Shown: positions 23,744 to 37,649, numbered from the whole stretch's first letter. The stretch is 63,418 bases of DNA, filler included, from Octopus bimaculoides (GCF_001194135.2; 8 parts of 7 records of this genome joined end to end with filler, not necessarily neighbours in it); one strand, 5' to 3'. The notes: generated by a model not told the origin, from the sequence alone. Program-made: numbers and translations.

Positions 23744-25667
23744 GTATGTGTGTGTGTATGTATGTATATGCTTGTGTGTGTTATGGTCTCCTTGCCTTGA
23801 CATTACATGACAGTTGTAAACAAGTATCACCATCGTGCAAGTGGTGTCCTTTGTTTTCAATCTTCAATGAAAACATATGTGGACAAGGTGAAATATTACT
23901 TTCCTTGGAAACAGGTAAGGGCTGGTGGCAGGAAGGCTATCTGGCCATAGAAAATCTGCCTCAACAAATTCTGTCCAGCCTATGTAAGCATGAAAAAGTG
24001 GACATAATGATGATGATGATGATGATCACTTCTTCTAGTACCCTCTCCCCTCTCAAAGGAGCTTTGTCTTACAAGTTACTCGGTGACCCAGCCAGTGCTG
24101 ATGCCACATTAAAAGCATCCACTTCACACTGTAAAGTGGTTGGAAGGACATCTAGCTGTGAAAACCATGCCCAAACTGACCTTACCTGTGCTTGTGCCAT
24201 GCAAAAAGAATTCAGTCCACCCTGTTGGGTGGGTGGTGTTAGGAAGGGCATCCAGCCATAAAGTCCCTGCCAAAACACACACAAAAGTCTGGTGCAGGTT
24301 CCTGCCTGGTTGGTTCCTGTCAAACTGTCCAACCCATGCCAGCATGGAAGAGGGACATTAAATGATGATTAGAGCAACCTTTAGAAAGGTACCAAAATAG
24401 AAAAGTCCTTATCTTGGACGGTGTCCAGTTTGTGACTTAAAATTATCGAATGAGGAACACTCACACTTGACAAGACGTCTTACTCAAGACCTGAGGAACA
24501 CTCATTCATACATGATGAGACACCTTACTCAGTGCATGAGTAACATTCATTCATACTTGACATCTTACTCACCCCATGAAGAGCACCGACACTTGACAAG
24601 ACATCTTACTCAGCAATTAAGCTTGTGTTAATGTATTCAACAGACACACAGACAGGGAAGGTAGGTTTTACCATATTTAATACAGAAGACAGCATTAACA
24701 ATCTAACTGAAAATATACTCGCAATCACACTCATACATATATCTACACACACACACACACATACAGAGAGAGAGATTACAATTTATATGGGGGGACACAG
24801 ACACACACATATACAACAAGCTTCTTTCAGTTTCCGTCTACCAAATCCACTCACAAGGCTTTGGTCGGCCCGAGGCTATAGTAGAAGACACTTGCCCAAG
24901 GTGCCATGCAGTGGGACTGAACCCGGAACCATGTGGTTGGTAAGCAAGCTACTTACCACACGGCCACTCCTACTAATAATAATAATTCTCTCTAATTTTT
25001 GGCACAAGGCCAATCCTAATGCCCAGTGACCAACTGGTACTTATTTTATCAACCCCAAATGTACAAAAGGTAAAGTTGACCTCAGAGCAAAAAGCCAGAA
25101 CAAATGATGCTAAGCATTTCCACTGAGTGCTAACGATTCTGCCAGCTCACCGCCTTAACGAAAGGAATCCTGACAGCAATAATTATTCTTCACTTTGACA
25201 TGATGCCATAAATTTGGTGATGGGGGGTGGGGAGCAGTTGATTAAATTGACTGCACTACTTGGCTGCAAGTTTATTTTAGCGACCTCACAAAAAATGGAA
25301 GGCAAAGGTCCCCTTGGTGGGATTCAAAGTTTGAACACAAAGGGATGTAGATGAATACCAGAAGGTTTCTGCTACTTCAGGGAAAGAAAAGAGAGAGAGA
25401 GAGAGCAAATCTGAGGGAGTGGAGTTGGTGGTTTGGTGGGGTGGGAATAGGGAAAATGACACAGGAAAATTCTGATGCCAATTTAAGTTAAACTTTAGGT
25501 ATGTGTAAGCACAAAGATGCTTGCATACATATATACACATATAATAATACACATACTTACATACACACACACACACACATATATACATACATACACATAC
25601 AGTTATACATACATGTGTGTGTTCTTTTGCTTCACCATTGCATTGCTACTTTCGTTTTTCTAACCCT

Positions 25668-25698
<31 letters not shown>

Positions 25699-28593
25699 TA
25701 TTATCTGTTGTTGTTGTTCTCCTTCATCGTTTTCTTCTTCTTCTTCTTCATCAACAACAAAGAAGAATTAAACTGGAACATATGGCAATACTTCAGCCAG
25801 AACTCATCTCTATCTTGGAACAGCAACAACAACAACAAAAGCAAGATCAACAAGAACAACATCAACAACAGTCTTTTAGGTTACTTAAATGGGAACAGTC
25901 AGGGATTTGAAGTGAGAAAATCAGTTAAACGATAAAGAAATAGAAATAAAGTGAGGAAGCACAATTTTGATGGTGGTGGGCATGAAGAAGACTTGGGATA
26001 AAAACTCAATTAAAAAAATATATGAAACATGGTGCAGTGTTGCTGTTGGTGGTGGTAGTGGTGATGGTGGTGGTGGTTGTGTTAGAGGTGGTTCTGATGT
26101 TGTTACTGGTGGTGTTGGTGGATATGTTGCTGGTAGTGTTGTTAGTGGTGATGGTGGTGGTGGTGGTGATGCTACCATTCTGGTACCAATATAAACCCCA
26201 GACATTCTGTGCCAGATTTAATGGATTTCAATGGAGACAGATTCTGGAATCATTATTAGAGGGATTCCTGGCAGAATATATTTCACAGCCACCACCACCA
26301 CCACAACCACTACTAACACCAAAACCACCACCACTACCACTTTCAACAACACCACCAACACCATCACCACCAGCAACAGCACCATCACCACCACCCTTAC
26401 TACTATCATCAACACCATCACCATTACAATTACCACCACTATTATAAACACCATACCGTTATCATCAGCACTATCACAATCATTAACACCCTAACGTCAT
26501 CACCATCACCCTCCCACACACACATACACACCCCACATCGCCACCACCACCACTACCTAAAACAATGAAAGAACTGTAATTGACTGTCAGTGCCAAAATA
26601 AGTTTACCAAACTTTGATAAAGGTTTCCAGGTTTTCTATATTTATGAGAAAAAAAATAAATAAATAAAAATAAAAGAGCAAGTAGAAAAAAATTTTAAAA
26701 AGAGGAAAAAAAAAACGAGAGAAAAACAGTTTTCTGCCTTTGTTATTTGCCACAAGAGCAAGAAATGAGAAAAGATTAAGGAAATGGGTTGTGGATGGGG
26801 AGGGGGGAGGTTTTTATAGGTGGGTAAGGGGGGAGAGAAATAACAAGGAAAATATAGATGAAACGAAAAATATATAAAAAATATTAAAAAATATAAAATA
26901 TGTAATGTACACACACACACACACACGTGCGCGCATACATACACAAATATGTAGTCGTCATATGTCATTCCATAACGGCTACCTCTGAAGAGCACAAGGT
27001 TACACAATCGGACTGTTACCTAACAATCCGTCGAACCTCTAGTGCGAAACCAATTGGTAAGATCAGCCGTAATGGATATATAATATTGTACACTTCGATA
27101 TATATATATATGTATATTTATTTATTTATTGTTCAAATTTACAGAAAGCAAAAGACGCAGACAGATGAAGGAACAACAAGCAGGTATGTTTGTTTGACAC
27201 TCAGGAAGAATGGAAAAGACACTGCGCTCATCGACAGAAATGTGTTTATGAACATTTTTATGTTTACGTGTTTATAAAAATTGTCACAACTTTTGCGATT
27301 GGAAAACAAACAGTCCAGATTTAAATTGAAGCAGTGACCATAGTATAACATCTTTTAGTTTCTGGATACAGTCGTTGCTCTAAAATATCATCCACTTGTA
27401 AAATATTTGCCTTTGCGTATTCTTTGGGGTTTGAATAATTCACCTCTGGAAACATGGGCGTTTCATTCATCATCCTTAAACAACCCTTATTCAAAGATCT
27501 TTTGAGCAGTCTGGGTTACTTGATCAGAAGAAAATTCTAACTGTGCCCCACCTGCAAGGCCATGCGCTGTTTATCTTGATATGAGATCACTATGTCACAC
27601 ACATACGGATGTGATGCATGTGCCTGGTGTACCCTTATCAGACGGGTAGTAGTCATGGTGGGTATACTGGGCTTCATATATTTGTACCCCAGAAGATTAA
27701 GAACGAATAGAGAGAAATACAGAAATAGATTAATAAGAAATACGAAAAACAAAATGAAAACGAAGTATTACAGCTTTGGAAAACTAGAACGAAAAGAAAG
27801 GATGAAAGGCAAAATGATGAACTCTGAACGCAGAATGTAAAAAAACTAGGAGAAATGCTGCTAACGATTTTATCCGACGATTCTGCCAGCTCGATGCCTT
27901 TGGTTTCAAATTTTGGTACCAGACTAGCAATTTTAGGAGAAATGGAATAGGCGATTTCATCGATCTCAATGCTCAACTGGTATTGATTTTAACGAAACTG
28001 ATAGGCAAAGTTGACCTCGGTGGAAACTGAACTCAGAACGCAAAAAGCCGGATGAAATGCCGCTTAGCCAGATTTTGCCAGTAAAATAAAAATGGTTTCA
28101 AATTTTGGCACAAGAGTAGCAATCTTGGAGAAGTGTGTAAGTCGATTACGTCGACTCCAGTGTTTTACTGCTACTTAGTTTATCGACTCCAAAAGGATGA
28201 AAGACAAAGTCGACCTCGGCAGAATTTGAACTCAGAACGTAAAGACGGACGAAATGCCGCTAAGAATTTTGGCTGACGCTTTAACAATTGCGCTTTTCTA
28301 GCGCCCTATCCCAATACGAATCACCTCCAGATGTTCTGTAAACCAATATGTCCGAGATTACATATACGTCACAGATGGGAAAGTTTCCTTTAAAAAATTA
28401 GAAGGTTAGTCAAATATGGTGCTCAACATAAAGCTATTGTAAGCATTCTCTGCCAGACACTGGTGATGTTGGTACCTGGCCGAAATATCTGTCTACAGGA
28501 GGTTAATGTCTGCAAGAATATATGTATATATATATATATATAGAAAATTTTGTAAAAAGCTGAGAAAAAAGACAAGAAAAAACAACAACGCGA

Positions 28594-28683
<90 letters not shown>

Positions 28684-30421
28684 GGAGAGTGAGAGAGAGC
28701 TAGTATATGGATAGATATGCACTTACGCATATATACATATATATGTGTGTGTGTATGTATATGTATACACACACACACACACTCACACGTATGTATGTAG
28801 GGAAAGAAGCCAAGGTGCGAAGTGTGGTTCGAGTGTACTGAGAACTAAACGATGACTTCATAAAAGAATCGTATGAAAAGAGTTGTGTGTGTGTGTGTGT
28901 TCCCACTCGTCTTTGTATATGAGTATGCGCTTATGTATGTTTGTATGTATATATGTATGTTTGAGTGTGTGTATGTATGTATATGTGTGTGTACGTAACC
29001 AGGAAAATTAAGAACGAATAGAGAGAAATACGGAAATAGATTAATAAGAAATACTAAAAAAACAAAATGAAAACGAAGTATTACAGCTTTGGAAAAGTAG
29101 AACGAAAAGAAAATGTTACAAGAGTAGATTGTTAGATAAGATGAGGTTAAACCCAGAGGAGAGAAGTTCACTGAAGGAAGGTGGATAGCAAAACCTTGAT
29201 AATTGGCTGTCTTAAAAGAAGGGATTAAGACAGTGGTTTCCAACCGGGGCCCATACAAGATTCTGCTGTTAAAACTTATGTGCAATAAATCGATAATACA
29301 CAAGATATTTTGATTTTTTTTTTAATGCAGTTCCTAATAATATTTAATTAAAAGACTATGATGGCATTTCTTTTTTAACATGGGGTTCCAGTAGAAGAAT
29401 CAAGGGGTTTCATAGGCAGAAACTAGTGCATAACTGGTATTTAATTTATCGACCCTCGAAAGGATGAAAGGCTAAGTTGACCTCGGCGGAATTTGAACTC
29501 AGAACGTAAAGACGGACGAAATATCGCTAAGCATTTCGCCCGGCGTGCTAACGTTTCTGCCAGCTCACCGGTTAGACAGTTTCTGTCTACCAAATTCACT
29601 CACAAGGCATTGGTCTCTCGGGGCTATAGTTATGAGACACTCACCCAAGGTGTCGCTCAGTGGAGCTGAACCTGAAATCACCTGGTTATAAAGCGAGCTT
29701 CTTAGCCACACGGCCATACCTGCGCCTGATAAATATTATTAAAACACAACAACAAATAAATGCAAGGGAAATAACTCAAAAATTCAAATTGATAAAAAAT
29801 TCAAAAGGATGAGCAATATAGAGAGGAGTGAGTTTGATCGTCAATATATATAAGTACAACTGGCGATATATCTCGGCTTTATTAGACATCTTCATAGACT
29901 TGATCTTCAGGCGACTGAGCAAGCACACACACACACACACACACAAACACACCTGTACTTACATTAGAAATAGGATCGTAGCCGAATTTTCAAGTTTAAA
30001 TAACTGTGATTAACAATTTACTCAACCATGACATTCGCCTAGAAATTTAAGAAACCCTTTCCCTATGCCCGCCACCATCACCACCATCGCCACGACCACG
30101 ACCACCACGACTACCACCATCATCATCACCACTGATACGCCCCCCCCCCACAACCATCAACCCCCCACCAACATCCCTCAGCTCCATTAATATGAGTTTG
30201 GTTCTCGTTACATCGTAAACAATTTCATGAACGATCATCTCCAATGTCTCTAATTATACTCACTATATTTATAAAGTATGCATGTAAATATATAATATAT
30301 ATACATGTGCATGTATATATGTATACGTGACTTTGTGTGTGTATGTGTTTGTATGTATACATATATATATATGTGCATGATATACACATATACATACATA
30401 CATACATGCATACATATATAC

Positions 30422-30479
<58 letters not shown>

Positions 30480-30746
30480 ATACATGTATATAAAGTATAT
30501 AGCACATAAATTTCGATGAGATGTATCAAAATGTTTTAAGACGCAAACAATTAACATAGCTCACATAATTTCCATATTCAGTTTCTAAGTTGCGCTAATT
30601 ATATATAAATTACACACACACACACATGTGTGCAAGTATATATATANNNNNNNNNNNNNNNNNNNNNNNNNNNNNNNNNNNNNNNNNNNNTTAATTAATT
30701 AANNNNNNNNNNNNNNNNNNNNNNNNNNNNNNNNNNNNNNNNNNNN

Positions 30747-31310
30747 TCATTATTGCATGCATGCTCCAAGCACTGGCACTAAATTATGTCATCATCAGGA
30801 CATGGAATCAAGAGATGACGATGACAAGGTTGTATGTGCAATGCTGGTTTCTGGTAAGACCAATGCTGGAAAGATCATATCAAGACAATAGTTTGTTCAG
30901 AGGTTCAATGTTTCCAAGCTCAAAAATCAGACAATCTTGGCCAATTTCTTCACAAACTTAGACAGCAGAGTGATTCATACTTCACATCAGGAAAAGGTAG
31001 CATTGAAAATCTATGAGCCTCCTTCAAAGAGCACATTGACCCAATCACTTGCAACACCAAAACTGGATTGATAAAAATGACAAAGAGATCTATAACTATG
31101 TGAGACCTGAAGTGATTTTGAAATGCACTGAAGTCTGACTATAGTCCATAGTCCTTTGAATCACGTCTTCAGTGCTAACAGCCAAACATTTCTCACAAAG
31201 AACAGCAGACGTTGTAGAGCTAGACACACTATTTTGATAATGTGATCAATAGGCCATCTTCAGTCAATGAGTAAGTTATAGAAGAAATTTCAGGCCTGGG
31301 ATGAAAGGGC
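30747..31310 (+). mobile_element. Decayed RTE/BovB-like LINE, endonuclease end and linker
   Basis: Frame-shifted motifs SKHW, NYVIIR, CWKDH, QRFNVSKLKN, HQNWIDKNDKEI and HYFDNVINRPSSVNE follow the order of RTE ORF2. Confidence 0.8.
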
Positions 31311-31319
31311 CATAAAGTT

Positions 31320-32170
31320 AATTTAGTAAATACCAAAGTCCTAGTAATACTAGTTAACAGAAAAACAAAAAAAAATTACTAATCCCTTTAGGGAGGCTCT
31401 GCTCAATATGTAAAAAAGGTGAAGGTAGAAATTCTATATGATGCACCCAGTGTCGCTATGGACACATAAGAGGTACAGTTGAATCTCAGGAAGGTTAATA
31501 GAGAAAATACTCNNNNNNNNNNACATAAGAGGTACAGTTGAATCTCAGGAAGGTTAATAGAGAAAATACTCTTTGCATGTGACAGATGTGCAGGAGAAAT
31601 AAACACAAAGAACACACAGGAAATAATTTTCCACCAATGCCCAAGGGGATCCTTAGATGTAACAGATAGGTTTTGTTACCAAGTGACCAAAATTAGCAGT
31701 GGATCAGGATGCTCTGGAAGTGTAATTGCTAGAATAAGAACCAGCTGGGTAAAGTTCAAAGAGCTATTACCTTTTTTTGGTAAGAAAGGGCTTCTTCATC
31801 AGAGTGAAAGGTAGATTGCATGATGCTCATGCATGAAGATCTATGCAACATGTGGGCTGTGAAGGATGAGAACAAGCATAAACTAGAAAGAAATGAAGCC
31901 AACATGCTCTGCTGGATGTGTAAATGTGTTGAGAGAAAAATTGGGTATAAAAGTGTCAAATGTAGTGTGCAAGAGACAAGACTGTGCTGGTCTGGTCATG
32001 TGACGTGTATGGATGAAGAGAGCTGCATAAAGCTGGTGGTTGATGACTACTGATACAGGCAAATTATTGTAGATGTTGAGCCACACAGAGGTGATTACGA
32101 AGGAGTGAGATGACAGGCAGTTTGCTGTACTTGAGAAGATTTGTCCAGCTAAGTAAAATTGAGATGCTAT
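31320..32170 (+). mobile_element. Decayed RTE-clade LINE, post-RT region
   Basis: Reads NTKVLV, CSICKKGEGRNSI, SVIARIRTSWVKFKELLP and WAVKDENKHKLERNEANML, with stops and frameshifts. Confidence 0.8.
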
Positions 32171-33599
32171 CCCACCCCTGACAACTCCCACCACCATACC
32201 AATCCAAACACTTCCACCCCTGTTCACTGCTCATTATTTTCCCCTCCTCTCTATCTCCCACTGTCATTTCACTCCCTCACAAACTTATCTGCATGCGATT
32301 TGTCCCTGTCTCTGTCAAATCTCTTCCCCATACCATCTTCTAACACTTCCCTCTCTCTACTTGTGTCCACTCACTACAATCTCTCTCCTCTATTTCCCAC
32401 TCTCCTTTTGCTGATTAATTCACTTACCCACCCACTCACCTTATCCAATATATAAATTGATTATTATTAAGAATGTAAAAATCTTCTTTACTGTACCTTC
32501 AACTGTGCTAAGCATCACCAACAAACTAATGAAAAGGATGAAAAGCATCTTGTACATAATTTTGTTACTGAAACAAGATTTAAAAAAAGAGATAAAATAT
32601 TATTTCATGTATTTTTCATTTTGAATTTATTTCATTCTTTTTTTTTTTAATATTTTAAAATGTCAAAAAATCATGCAGTCACATTAAATATATTATAGTA
32701 TTTAGTTAAATTAAGGTAAGTTCTTTCTTTTTTTTCCTCTATTAGAAATATCCATTAAAATGTGAGATTAACTTTGTTACCTTTAGACAATATTTTCCAG
32801 AAATGACCATCTCTAGACTTCCTCACTTTTGGCACAATGCCAGCAATGTTGGCACAATGCCGACAGTTTTGGGAGAAAGAGCAAGCTAATTACATCAACC
32901 CCAGTGATCAACTGATACTTATGTTATTGACCCTCAGAGGATGAAAGACAAAGTTAACTTTGGTGGAATCTGAACTCACAATGTAAAGATGGACGAAATA
33001 CTGCTAACTGTTTTGCCCAACTAATGATTCTGACAGCTTTCTGAAAGTATCGTTCACCAATTATAGAATACTCCTACTTACATATTGTAATCATGCCTTC
33101 TTATTGTTAAGTGAACTCAGTAATCAAGGGGTTTGCTTTTGTGCCAATACATAGTACTGACCTAATAATGGAATTGGAATATAGAAGCAAGGGCTCTTTT
33201 ATATTAGCAGGGTAAGAGTCTCAATGCATTCCATTAGAGTTTCAAGTTTTACATTATCTGTATTTTGTGTACAATATAGTACAATGTGTACTCTAAAGTG
33301 CAATATGTGCTATATAGTTCTACTTCATACATACTGGCAACAGCCATGCTCAAAATGGTGTTTTTTACATGCCACCTGCACAGGAGCCAGTCCGCAGCAC
33401 TGGCAACAGCCTCACTTGATTGGAAGCCAGACAGCTGCTCTGGCAATGATCACGCTCAGATGGTGCTCTGAGCGCACCACTGGCACAAGTGCCAGTCATC
33501 AAATTTGGTTCAATCATGATTTCGATTTCACTTGCCCCAACAGGTCTTCACTAGCTGAGTTCAGTATCCAATGAAGGAGAGATTGGCATGGGTGCCAGT

Positions 33600-35060
33600 T
33601 GTTGAATTTGGATCGATTTCAAGGATTCAATATGACAATATCCAGCAGACGGTGTTCGATTACACGAACTGTCTGAAAATCATAGTCCCAGAGTATCATT
33701 ACTTTTCCATCCTCCTGCATAACTTTACTTAATACATGCTCATACCAGTTCTCTGTTACTTCATATTGGTATTTACGGCATAAGAGCCAATGAAGATACA
33801 CACACACACTTTATCGTGGCGGCGCTTGTATTCTTTTTGTGTAAGACTCTCACATCCATTTACCAAGTGGGTCACATTTTCCACACTCTTTCCACAGAGT
33901 CTGCATTTTTGGGTATAAGAAGTTTTATATGATCAGGCTTTCAGTGGTACACTTCAAATCACCTCGCTCAAGCCATGCCCACGATGCTGTATTATCCTTA
34001 ACGTCTTATGTATTCCTTTCAAACTGTCCATGCATTCTCATTTCAAGAAGGTCTTCTTTTCCCTTCTCCTCAGCTCTTTGGTTCAACTCTTCCTTTCCCG
34101 TCATTTCATCTGCATATACACCCATATCTTTCACGGCATATTGCACCAGGTCTTCGTCACTATTTATCAAATACTCATCAAGTGTTCTTCTTTCACTCCT
34201 TATACAATGGTCTATACTAATTAGTCCTAATTAGTCCTTTAGGGTGTAGCGCCCATGCAGTGGGCGTCCTTCTATCCAGTGTTGATATTTCCACCATAGT
34301 CCATTTGAGGATGGATGCACTATATCTGATCGCAGCAACTGCCCAGATATTCATTGTGGTAATCAAATTTTTGGCATTCAGGTTGGATTTCAACACCATC
34401 TTCACCCTTTTTTTTTATGCCTCGCTGCCTTGACTTTCATTTCGCTGTGTAGAATGTCATCCAACTCCAAAATCCTTAAATATCTATACCCATTACCGTT
34501 GGGTTCACCCATGGTATCTCCTGATCGTAACTGCAATCCTCTGCAGGCTGCTTTCTTCCCTCTTTTCATTTTAAGTACTGAGCATTTAGTAATCCCAAAC
34601 TCCATACCAATGTCACTAGTACAATTCAGGACTGTTTCGGTTAAGGAATCTTATCTGTTTTTCAGATTTCCCTAACAATTTCAGGTCATCCGTAAACAGA
34701 TGGTTCAATGATGAGCCTTTCTTCCCACATTGTTATGGGTATTAGTGCAATTACAAAAATTAACTGTGAAAACGAGTCACCTTGGAAGATTCCCTTTTTA
34801 ATATTAACTTCTCCAAAGAATACATTGCTTGAGTGCAATTTGGTTTTCCACTTTTTCATGCTTTGCATCAGAAAATTTGTGATGTTGTCAGCAACACCAA
34901 ACATCTGCAGGCATTCAATGATCCATGAATGAGGCATCATATCATATGCCTTCTTAAAGCCAATCCAAGCCATAGACATGTTTGTATGATGTTTTATACA
35001 ATGTCTCAAAACTGTTTTATTGATAGCCAGGAAAGTGTGTCTTTGCCTCACATATTCCAG
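33600..35060 (-). mobile_element. Decayed Dong/R4-like (RLE-type) non-LTR retrotransposon, RT to endonuclease region
   Basis: MAWIGFKKAYDMMPHSWI, GIFQGDSFSQLIFVIALIP, MEFGITKCSVLKMKRGK, NIWAVAAIRYSA and KVMILWDYDFQT occur in successive broken frames. Confidence 0.85.
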
Positions 35061-35085
35061 TGAGTATCTTCCAGATTATGTTTAG

Positions 35086-35086
<1 letters not shown>

Positions 35087-35139
<53 letters not shown>

Positions 35140-35451
35140 GGTAGTCTTATTTTTATAACGTGCTTTCACTTCACTACCGAGCGCAGCTCTGTGTGCCTTG
35201 GGTATGTGCTGTGGTTTGCTGTGATGCTCTTATGGTTACTGTATTGAAAGTGTTTTACGTAGAATGTGTGCAGTGCCCAGTAGTGCAATTTTCTGTATGT
35301 TATATATATTTGTAAGTCCTGGTGTTTTTGTTATGTATTTGTCTGAATATTTTTTTATCATACCTAAGGCACCTACTATGATAGGAATTGTTTCTGTTTT
35401 TAGATTCTACATTCGAGTTACCTCTATTTCCAGGTCTTTGTATTTTGAAAG
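35087..35451 (-). mobile_element. 3' end of a younger Dong/R4-like element with a (TAA)n tail
   Basis: The minus strand reads SKYKDLEIEVTRM*NLKTETIPIIVGALGMIKK...QKIALLGTAHILRKTLSIQ* (stop at 35236-35238), then a short UTR and (TAA)n at 35087-35138. Confidence 0.85.
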
Positions 35452-35837
35452 NNNNNNNNNNNNNNNNNNNNNNNNNNNNNNNNNNNNNNNNNNNNTTAAT
35501 TAATTAANNNNNNNNNNNNNNNNNNNNNNNNNNNNNNNNNNNNNNNNNNNNAGAACAGGAGAAGAGAGATGTGTGACAAAAATGTTTCTAAAACAATTGA
35601 AATTTTCGAAAAAAAAAATCTAGAATCGTAATTCCGGTTGTACGAAACACAGTAATATTAAAAGACAAACAAAGCTATGAGAAAGAAAAAATGCAATTTC
35701 TGTGTCTTTTACCTGTTTTTTTCCAAAATGGGGTAGTCCGAAATTCCATCAACATAAAATACACAATTATATTGACAGAGATGAAGGAAGGAAGAGGAAA
35801 AGAATCTCTGTTCTTTTCCTTTCCACCATAAAGTGTG

Positions 35838-36175
35838 AAGGCGTATGGCTCAGTGATTAGAGAATTCGGCTCACGAACGTAAACGTCATTCCCGAGTTCG
35901 ATTCCCGGCGACGCGTTGTATCCTTGTACAAGACACTTTATTTCAAGATTTTCCAGTCCACTCAGCTGACGAAAATTAGTTGTACCTGTAATTCAAAAGG
36001 GCCAGCCTTGTCACAATCTGTGTCACGCTGAATCTTCTTGAGAACTACGTTGTTAAAGTTACGCGTGTCTGTGGAGTGCTCAGCCCTCAGCCACTTGCAC
36101 GTTAATTTCACGAGCAGGCTGTTCCATTGATTGGATCAACTAGAACCCTCTACGCTGAAACCGATGGAGTACCAG
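35838..36175 (+). mobile_element. tRNA-derived SINE (family C: aaggcgtatggctcagtg...gagttcgattcc...)
   Basis: Pol III A/B-box-like head; body shared with 4564-4855 and 36702-36835. Confidence 0.75.
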
Positions 36176-37603
36176 GTTTTTAACCCCTTAAGGTAGTAAT
36201 ACCTATTCCAAAAACTCTTTCATATAAAGTACTTCCACAGGGATACTAAAAAAAACATGCAGAATATGAAAACGAATCCAGTATCCCTTTTCCCTCTTCT
36301 AACCCCANNNNNNNNNNNNNNNNNNNNNNNNNNNNNNNNNNNNNNNNNNNNNNNNNNNNNNNNNNNNNNNNNNNNNNNNNNNNNNNNNNNNNNNNNNNNN
36401 NNNNNNNNNNNNNNNNNNNNNNNNNNNNNNNNNNNNNNNNNNNNNNNNNNNNNNNNNNNNNNNNNNNNNNNNNNNNNNNNNNNNNNNNNNNNNNNNNNNN
36501 NNNNNNNNNNNNNNNNNNNNNNNNNNNNNNNNNNNNNNNNNNNNNNNNNNNNNNNNNNNNNNNNNNNNNNNNNNNNNNNNNNNNNNNNNNNNNNNNNNNN
36601 NNNNNNNNNNNNNNNNNNNNNNNNNNNNNNNNNNNNNNNNNNNNNNNNNNNNNNNNNNNNNNNNNNNNNNNNNNNNNNNNNNNNNNNNNNNNNNNNNNNN
36701 NCCCCCGAGAACTACGATAAGGGTACACGTGTCTGTGGATTGTTCAGCCACTTGCCCGTTAATTTCACAAGCAAGCTGTTCCGTTGATCGGAACAACTGG
36801 AACCCTCGACGTCGTAACCGTCGGAGTGCCAACCAATAACAGCTATCCCTAAACTCCCACAGAAGTACTCACAAAAATTAAGAAAGCTCTCTGAATTCCG
36901 TGCCCATTTTCTTCCCCTTGAGGCTGTGGTATCTCTCCTAAAATTCCTCCATATAAGGTACTCCTTTGGAACGACTTAATGGTCGCATGTAATCTGTTCT
37001 GTAGTTTTGTTATTATTTCAATTTTTTGAAGAAGGTTGAATGTGATTCGAGAGCGATTTAGCTGCCATTTCAAGCAACTTAAATGCCAGGTCCCTCATTG
37101 TTTTGTAAAGGCTGCATTGTGCGTGATTGTTGTTGTTATTGTAGTTGTCTTTATCGTCGTCGTCGTCGTCATTGTTGTTGTTTAGGTCCAAATCAGATCT
37201 GGTACAACAGAGCTTTAATCAAACATGTATCCGTCATGCTCATCTTGTCATTTTATTTAGGCACAATGTAGCTAGGACTCAGTTATGTAATGTAACATCT
37301 TTCTACGCTGTGGTTAATTCTTTTATTCCTTTTACTCGTTTCAGTCATTAGACTGCGGCCAAACTGGAGCACCGCGTTGAGGAGTTTTAGTCGCACGAAT
37401 CGACCCCATTATTTTGTATTATTTTTTTGTAAGGCCTGGTACTTACTCTATTGCTCTCTTTTGCCGAACCGCTAAGCTATGGGGACATAAAAACATCAAC
37501 ACTGGTTGTCATGTTAAGCGGTGAAGGGGGACAAATACATACACAAAGACACAAACACGCGCACAAGCACACATACTCACACACACACACACACACACGC
37601 ATC

Positions 37604-37649
<46 letters not shown>

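Noticed and set aside
31465-31571. Apparent tandem duplications on either side of 10-N gaps (also about 45369-45524 and 62476-62575)
   Set aside because: This is the typical signature of overlapping contig ends left unmerged, not a real duplication.
33082-33161. Minus-strand segment with good acceptor and GTAAGT donor
   Set aside because: Closed in all frames and isolated among LINE debris with no partner exons.
35838-35915. tRNA-like sequences (also the heads of SINE families A and B and 41276-41348)
   Set aside because: They continue into multi-copy SINE bodies and show no convincing cloverleaf, so they are not called as tRNA genes.
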